Assembly (NCBI GenBank): GCA_018302265.1
Contig: JAGVZV010000029.1
Span: 1 to 34,049, forward strand
Reading direction: 5' to 3'
From: Candidatus Woesearchaeota archaeon
GTDB lineage: Archaea > Nanobdellota > Nanobdellia > SCGC-AAA011-G17 > JAFCDX01
DNA length: 34,049 nucleotides
The translations under genes were made by a program, and so were the position numbers. The notes under the pieces were generated by a model. It was not told where the DNA came from, searched no databases, and worked only from the letters and a program-made list of their open reading frames with translations. The stretch's first letter is position 1; each line of letters starts with the position of its first letter. Positions 29,301-34,049 of this stretch are shown here, piece by piece.

Positions 29301-29411
29301 TTTGGCGGAACAGACTGCGATGATGATAATAATGCTATTAACCCCAGTATAACAGAAGTATGTGATGGCATAGATAATAACTGTGATACGCAGATAGATG
29401 AAGGGTGTTAA
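26352..29411 (+). CDS. Secreted DUF2341-like/PKD protein with a C-terminal MopE-related metal-binding motif
   Basis: Signal peptide, LISEGKMMPDCSDI..YKIYYGN, four PKD repeats, and DCDDDNNAINP..EVCDGIDNNCD..DEGC. Confidence 0.85.
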   Translation: MKQIFKLFLFFIFTVLLTNFVYAVWDVDIPYSGGISINTNDLLNENYTISVTLDTFTLISEGKMMPDCSDIYVVYDELIELDRTVYYCNTDYSKIEFMLKEFIPKNTVENAHYKIYYGNLTHQAESDKNKIYLLWDDFDDGDLNLSKWQIIDAGFSESGTTLNVPSGNPKRMKSVNIFGLNKTLIANVSFTNTGVDQQVVGFDCANTCHIQGGQNIVIFHDFGDPSFLYGLQTSWIATGSYGLYSRTAFNGQVYNNNYNLYQIDRASNSAKFYINNISFGEISSNLPRIETPIGISTSNYPFTVDSVLVKEYVDNAPVVDIIVPIIIANFSYEPVSPYEKEAVHFIDTSISTYDIINYQWTFGDTGTSTNRNPYHIYNTQGNYDVTLTIRDVNGTESSLTLPLTILDSVPTVSAGQDQIVSEGELVNFNGIGSGNDQPLSYSWNFGDGEIGTGQSVSHLYAQDGVYIVTLIATDSDGSQDSDNLLVIAEDTNPNIFVASDTNFIQENMAVQFYSTGSNAYDSPLSYSWSFGDLLTSNEENPIHIFTQNGIYIVILTITDSDGSTNSTNLTIIVTDTVPMADAGIDRTAVVDRLVQFDASNSTGYDRPLTYFWDFGDDGTIDSTGVTASNTYTASGIYTIKLLVMDSDLDTAQDIITIDVIENSPPIVSDIPDFGFDENTVYNLNLDDYVLDQEDPDSELVWTVTGNTNIQITIDPLTHVAAFIPTPYWVGSEIVTFSVCDPGILCNQDGLEVTVNHVNIAPEAWIVSPTDGNSFVQDTIINFFGVGMDLEDGNLTGSSLKWASDIDGLLGYGESINIQTLTIGTHVITLNVSDSNGSSDTYSISIEIIPEQINKEIQVFIDGNNLLNATFEGYRYGADYMGILTHYSPESTAKFFSWSLYFPASNIALNMNYSSGICSISNMTIFETRYDWTEPRITNYLMGDEYVSGVCDLDMANQILSISTSEANPVTNVDRDTDGFTKEMFGGTDCDDDNNAINPSITEVCDGIDNNCDTQIDEGC

Positions 29412-29512
29412 AAAGAGAAAAAAGTAAAAACAAAAGCTTTATATACCAGTGTTACTATAAAATAGTAAAATAAAAACGATAAATATATATACTATCCATT
29501 TAGTTTAAAAAC

Positions 29513-30208
29513 ATGAAAAATAAAATATTATTCGGATTGTTATCAATTTTGCTAGTTATTCCTTTTGTTTTAGCTTTGCAGGGAGATTATGATGGAAGTG
29601 AGTCTTACGGTGTTCCTGATATAGATGGGATGAAAGCGATGATAGAAGGGCGTGAAACATGTAATGTTGGATTAATGGATATGAATGATGATGGTTTATG
29701 CACAGAAGTGGATCTTTGGGCTATAATGGCTAATGTTGTAGGATGTGTTGATAATGATGATGATAATTATTATACTTGTGAAAATACTGGGGGGGGTTAT
29801 AATGGATTAAAAGACCTTAATGATAATGATCCTTTGGTAAATCCTGGTGCAGATGAAATATGTGGAAATGCTGTTGATGAAGATCAAGATGGTGTTTTAG
29901 ATAATGGCTGTGGAACTTTCTCTGGAATAGTTTATAGTACATTTGATTGGATTACTCCATTGGGTGGAGCAACAGTAAGCTTGTATGATCCTTTAACAGA
30001 TAAAACTTATTTATCTACTCCTTCAGGAGTGGATGGTAGTTTTACATTTAAGTTGCCAGAAGGATTAAATTATGAGTTTAATGTAATTCTTGTAGGGTAC
30101 ATTTATCCTAGCACAACATATCCATTTGCAATAGTAGATCAACCAGTTGTTATAACCGATGGTGGTACAAATAATGAGATTGTATTTATGGAGGAAGAAG
30201 TTGTATAA
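29513..30208 (+). CDS. Secreted protein with dockerin-like, MopE-related and carboxypeptidase-regulatory-like modules
   Basis: GDYDGS..PD and DMNDDG..EVD Ca-loop pair, VNPGADEICGNAVDED, GATVSL..DGSFTF. Confidence 0.7.
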   Translation: MKNKILFGLLSILLVIPFVLALQGDYDGSESYGVPDIDGMKAMIEGRETCNVGLMDMNDDGLCTEVDLWAIMANVVGCVDNDDDNYYTCENTGGGYNGLKDLNDNDPLVNPGADEICGNAVDEDQDGVLDNGCGTFSGIVYSTFDWITPLGGATVSLYDPLTDKTYLSTPSGVDGSFTFKLPEGLNYEFNVILVGYIYPSTTYPFAIVDQPVVITDGGTNNEIVFMEEEVV

Positions 30209-30210
30209 TC

Positions 30211-30975
30211 ATGAAAAATAAATTATTACTTATCACATTAATATCTATTTTAATAGTACCTTTTGTATTATCAGCAGAATATTCTATATCAGGTACAATA
30301 TCCTTTTCTGTTGGAGGGGTAGCAACTCCTGCAGAAGGCGCACTAGTTGAATTAAGAGATATAAATAATATTCTAATTGGAGAAAATCAAGTAACAACAC
30401 TTAACGATGGAGCATACTTATTTATATTAGATGATACTTTAATTCCAGGAGCACCACCTAAAATTGTTGTAGCAACTATGCCTAATTATCCTGAAGTAGG
30501 AGAAAAATTTAAATTAACTAACGCGTATGCAGTTAATAATATTATAAGTTTAACTTTTGATTATGCATGCCCTGATTCAGATCTAGATACTTATTTTGCA
30601 GATTGGTGTGGTGGAAATGATTGCAATGATAATGAGGCTTTAATTAATCCAGCAGCATTGGATAATACTGATGATGATGTAGATAATGATTGTGATGGTT
30701 TAAAAGATGAAGATGTACCAGTCATACCTCCAGTAGGTGATGGAAGTTCAAGTTCAGGTGGAGGCGGTGGAAATAGTCACCCAGTTCTTATTACTCCAGT
30801 AGTACAAGAAACAAGAACACTTGAACAGCCAGTTGCAGAAGAACCAGTACAAGAGAGCAATGATTTAACAGGGGCAGTAACAGCAGAAACAGGCGCTGGA
30901 AATTATCTTATTGCGGGACTTATCATACTAGTTTTACTGGTAGCAGGATACTTCTTGTGGAAGAAATATAAATAA
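30211..30975 (+). CDS. Membrane-anchored surface protein with a MopE-related motif
   Basis: Signal peptide, GALVEL..DGAY, DCNDN..INP..DNDCDG, poly-Gly, LTGAVT, TM and KKYK. Confidence 0.75.
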   Translation: MKNKLLLITLISILIVPFVLSAEYSISGTISFSVGGVATPAEGALVELRDINNILIGENQVTTLNDGAYLFILDDTLIPGAPPKIVVATMPNYPEVGEKFKLTNAYAVNNIISLTFDYACPDSDLDTYFADWCGGNDCNDNEALINPAALDNTDDDVDNDCDGLKDEDVPVIPPVGDGSSSSGGGGGNSHPVLITPVVQETRTLEQPVAEEPVQESNDLTGAVTAETGAGNYLIAGLIILVLLVAGYFLWKKYK

Positions 30976-30986
30976 ATTAACTTTTT

Positions 30987-31291
30987 CTATTTAACCATAT
31001 CTTTTAATTTAGGACATATCTTTTTTGTAAATGCTACAACTTGCTTTGCATATTCTATAGTCAATATTTTTCCATAGTAAGTTACAGAATTTCTGAAGTA
31101 TCTTAAATCATTAAGAAATGAAATATCATTATCTAAAAACCCTGACTTTTTAAGATAAGAAATTTCTGCTTCATGGGCGTAAGATCCAGAAGAATTATAT
31201 CCATCCAAAAGGAGTTTAGCCCTTAGTTAATGGAGCATTTTTTGATTATTCCTTGCTTGATATATTCTTCAAATTCTTTTGGCAGATTCAT
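30987..31291 (-). pseudogene. HEPN domain protein with an internal deletion and frameshift
   Basis: ATG 31291 (ATGA overlap with MNT) gives MNLPKEFEEYIKQGIIKKCSIN*. Another frame resumes RAKLLLDGY..HEAEISY..RYFRNSVTYYG. Confidence 0.8.
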
Positions 31292-31860
31292 ATTTCAATG
31301 CTCCCTTTTAATACTATTCCATTAAGTATATTATCTTTTAAATGTTTATGCATATCTTTCCAAGAATTATAAAAATTAATAGAAACTGTTCTTTCCAGCA
31401 TTTTATTAAATTTAAATAAATTTACTTCTTTTCTCTTTGTTCCAATTATGGCTATATCTATGTCTGAGCGGTTCTCTTCATCAATCCAAACATCTTCTCC
31501 CCTTGAATAGCTTCCAAAAAGAATTATAGTGCAACCAGGAAATTCATTAAATAAGAATCTTGGGAGCTCAGATTCATAAATCATCTTCAGATTTTCAACC
31601 CGCTTCATTTCAATTGCTTTTGGACTATCCCTATTAAACTCAATAGATAGAAGATTCATTGTTTTTGACTTTTTTATTTTTATAAGCCCTTCTCTTCCTA
31701 ATTCAATTAATGCATGGGAAACTGCTGTTGGGGAGACTTTCAGCATTCCAGCTATCCCTCTCAAATTCAGAATTTGCCCTGATTTTATACACAAAAGTCT
31801 AAATATTTCTGCCTGCAATCGTGTCCATTTTAATTTATACATATCCATTTTAGTTAACAT
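31288..31860 (-). CDS. wHTH-MNT nucleotidyltransferase (start may be 31848)
   Basis: LRGIAGMLKVSPTAVS HTH; LFGSYSRGED..SDIDIAIIG. Confidence 0.9.
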   Translation of the reverse strand: MLTKMDMYKLKWTRLQAEIFRLLCIKSGQILNLRGIAGMLKVSPTAVSHALIELGREGLIKIKKSKTMNLLSIEFNRDSPKAIEMKRVENLKMIYESELPRFLFNEFPGCTIILFGSYSRGEDVWIDEENRSDIDIAIIGTKRKEVNLFKFNKMLERTVSINFYNSWKDMHKHLKDNILNGIVLKGSIEI

Positions 31861-31965
31861 GTGTCTATTTTAGTTTATATATCTTTCGGTTTTTAACAAA
31901 TAGCCGACTTCTTCTTGTGGAAAAAATATAAATAAATTTAAATACAACTTCTTTTATTTTATTAC

Positions 31966-32427
31966 ATGTATTCATTACTGAGCTTTATTGGGATATTAAT
32001 TGGTATTCTAATAGCAAAATATACAAAAGAGGAATTAAAACAAGGAAAAAAGTACTTCTTGTGGATAGAGAGAGCGTCTTTAATATTAATTCTATTGGTA
32101 ATAGCATTTAATTTTAAATTATCCTGGTTGGTTCTGATAGGTTTGATGGCAGGATATTTTATTCCTGTACAATACTTGGCATTTGGCTTAATCTTAACCT
32201 CCTTTGAAAATATAATAATAGCCTGTTTAATATTTATATATGGATTGCCGTACGGTTCTCTGATAAACAAGGATAAAACCAAAAGGGTTTTAAAGGAATT
32301 AATTTTATTTATAATACCTGCATTGTTATTAATCAATAATTTTGGCTTAATGTACCAAAAAGAGTTAATCTCGGTTGCAGCAGGCATATTATTGATAAGG
32401 GGTGTAAATTGGAGTTTCAAGAAGTAA
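31966..32427 (+). CDS. Hypothetical integral membrane protein
   Basis: Several hydrophobic segments; overlaps the downstream methyltransferase gene. Confidence 0.75.
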   Translation: MYSLLSFIGILIGILIAKYTKEELKQGKKYFLWIERASLILILLVIAFNFKLSWLVLIGLMAGYFIPVQYLAFGLILTSFENIIIACLIFIYGLPYGSLINKDKTKRVLKELILFIIPALLLINNFGLMYQKELISVAAGILLIRGVNWSFKK

Positions 32428-33158
32428 TAAAAGATTTAAAGCAAAAAAGAGAGCTTTCTGACTTAGATGACAGTTTCATCAAAAGCAGGGTTATGGACTA
32501 TCTAAATCAAAACAAGCTTTCTGACAAGTTCATGGAAAAGAAATTCTCAAAGACATCTGTATACAAAAGAATGTTCAAGGATATAAGAAGAAAACTGCAT
32601 GAAATCTATGGTATTTTCAGATCAGATACATTCAAAGAACATCCATCAGTAAAGGAGAGACTGGTATATTACAAGGAAATATATCACAAGATTTTCTCGA
32701 TAACAGGAAAGCCAAAGAAAATTCTAGATATTGGATGCGGATTAAACCCAATGTCTTACAAGTACTTGGGGTACAAGCCGTATTATTACGCTGCTGATAT
32801 AAGCAATTATGATGTCTCTAAAGTGTATCAATTCTTCAGGGTAAACAAGATAAGGGGAAGGGCATTTACATTCAATCTAATTGATGATCCATGCTCCAAA
32901 CTGCCTATAGTTGATGTCTGCTTCTTATTCAAGGTTCTTGAGTCATTAGAGGCTATTAAAAAGGGAATTTCCGAGAGCATAATCAAAGGATTAAGATGCG
33001 ACTGGATTGTTGTTTCCTTCTCAAAAAAACAGATCTCGGGTCTTAAAATAAGAAAAGCAGGCCGTTCCTGGTTCAGAAGAATTCTTGGAAAGCTAAAATT
33101 GCACTATGTTGTATTTGACATTGGAGATGAGATATTCTTTGTTATAAAGAGAAAATAG
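32409..33158 (+). CDS. ArmA/Rmt/FmrO-like 16S rRNA (guanine-N7)-methyltransferase homolog
   Basis: KLHEIYGIF, HPSVKERL, ILDIGCGLNP, FLFKVL, IVVSFS. Confidence 0.8.
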   Translation: MEFQEVIKDLKQKRELSDLDDSFIKSRVMDYLNQNKLSDKFMEKKFSKTSVYKRMFKDIRRKLHEIYGIFRSDTFKEHPSVKERLVYYKEIYHKIFSITGKPKKILDIGCGLNPMSYKYLGYKPYYYAADISNYDVSKVYQFFRVNKIRGRAFTFNLIDDPCSKLPIVDVCFLFKVLESLEAIKKGISESIIKGLRCDWIVVSFSKKQISGLKIRKAGRSWFRRILGKLKLHYVVFDIGDEIFFVIKRK

Positions 33159-33215
33159 ATTTATAATAAATATGTATAAACCAGAGTTAAAATATATTAA
33201 CTAAAGTTTCCATTA

Positions 33216-33893
33216 TTAAACAGGAATCAAAATCTTATCTTTTGCATTTTCCATTGATTTAACAATCAAAACTTTTTCTAAATCCAGGATTTTTTTAACA
33301 ATCAAGCTTTCAGAGTTTAGTGCGTATAAGATTGTTTTTCCAAATTTTCTTCTTGGTTTAATAATATTATACATTTCTAAAAATATCCACGAATTAAAAA
33401 TAACTTGTCTGGAGACCTCTAAGTTTCTAGCTATCTCTTCTTTAGAGAAGTCTAATGGATAATTATCTGATAAAAAATCAATTATTCTCACCTTTGTAAT
33501 ATTTGAAAATTTAGCTAAAAGTGATCTTATATTTCTTCTTATTTTTCTTTTTCGAATATTTATATTACTTAATTGTCCTTTATTTATAGATATATTTGGA
33601 TCTTTTTCAATATCTTCTAAAGTTACTAATCTTTGATTTTTTGGAGAAAATAATAAGAAAAGAACATTATCTAATTTTTTAAGTTCTTTTAATTTTTTTT
33701 CTGTTATTAGAAATTTTTTAGATTTAGTGTATCTTACTTCGATATAAAAAAGCTTATCATCTTTCTTTGCAGTTATATCAAAATGTGAAGTTGGTTGCTT
33801 TTTACTAATCCAATGAATATCCTTAAATTTTAATTTTTTAAGATATAATATTTCCTTTCTTTCATAAAATTTACCTACTTCATAAGTATTCAT
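33216..33893 (-). CDS. PD-(D/E)xK-like nuclease domain fused to a C-terminal wHTH
   Basis: HFDITAKKDDKLFYIEVR; C-terminal KVRIIDFL..DFSKEEIARNLEVSR..RKFGKTILY. Confidence 0.65.
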   Translation of the reverse strand: MNTYEVGKFYERKEILYLKKLKFKDIHWISKKQPTSHFDITAKKDDKLFYIEVRYTKSKKFLITEKKLKELKKLDNVLFLLFSPKNQRLVTLEDIEKDPNISINKGQLSNINIRKRKIRRNIRSLLAKFSNITKVRIIDFLSDNYPLDFSKEEIARNLEVSRQVIFNSWIFLEMYNIIKPRRKFGKTILYALNSESLIVKKILDLEKVLIVKSMENAKDKILIPV

Positions 33894-34033
33894 TTAGTTA
33901 CCTCTATTTTTTCAATTTCTATCCTTAATAAATCTCCTTTTTCTATATTTAATAGCCGTATCATTTCTGTTGGGAGATTGATGGATAAACTTGTTCCGCT
34001 TTTTCTAACAGCCCTAATAAATTGTTCTTTCAT
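33890..34033 (-). CDS. AbrB/SpoVT family small DNA-binding protein (47 aa), not in the ORF track
   Basis: MKEQFIRAVRKSGTSLSINLPTEMIRLLNIEKGDLLRIEIEKIEVTK; ATGA overlap with the nuclease-wHTH gene. Confidence 0.8.
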   Translation of the reverse strand: MKEQFIRAVRKSGTSLSINLPTEMIRLLNIEKGDLLRIEIEKIEVTK

Positions 34034-34049
34034 TCTAATATAATATAAG

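Noticed and set aside
19006-29411. Diversity-generating retroelement acting on the adhesins
   Set aside because: There is no reverse transcriptase, and the repeat pairs do not show adenine-specific mismatches.
632-32420. Remaining short ORFs nested in or antisense to long genes (e.g. 632-817, 3247-3588, 6977-7432, 8094-8543, 31962-32420)
   Set aside because: They overlap well-supported genes and show no motifs or promoters.

Overview
AT-rich archaeal window, most likely DPANN (Woesearchaeota/Pacearchaeota-like). The assignment rests on an archaeal CCA-adding enzyme, the psmB-aCPSF1 pair, BRE-TATA promoters, MKKKG-type leaders and LTGAVT-TM tails. From left to right it contains: (1) an accessory block with a wHTH-MNT/HEPN pair, two AAA_14-DUF4143 ATPases and flanking direct repeats; (2) a core block with a presenilin-like protease, two paralogous unknown genes, the CCA-adding enzyme, MazEF, proteasome beta and aCPSF1; (3) tRNA-Ser(GCT) split by three introns, followed by a decayed ~2.5 kb island ending in a copy of the tRNA 3' end; (4) a ~16 kb cell-surface locus with a lethal-factor-like Zn peptidase, a 1152-aa protein whose C-terminus looks like an outer-membrane-type beta-barrel, and giant PKD/cadherin adhesins; (5) a second, broken MNT/HEPN pair, an ArmA/Rmt-like rRNA methyltransferase and an AbrB/nuclease-wHTH pair. 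The most novel candidate is the beta-barrel plus adhesin plus protease locus. The best-supported oddity is the triple-intron tRNA. All family calls are motif recognition by eye; no searches were run.
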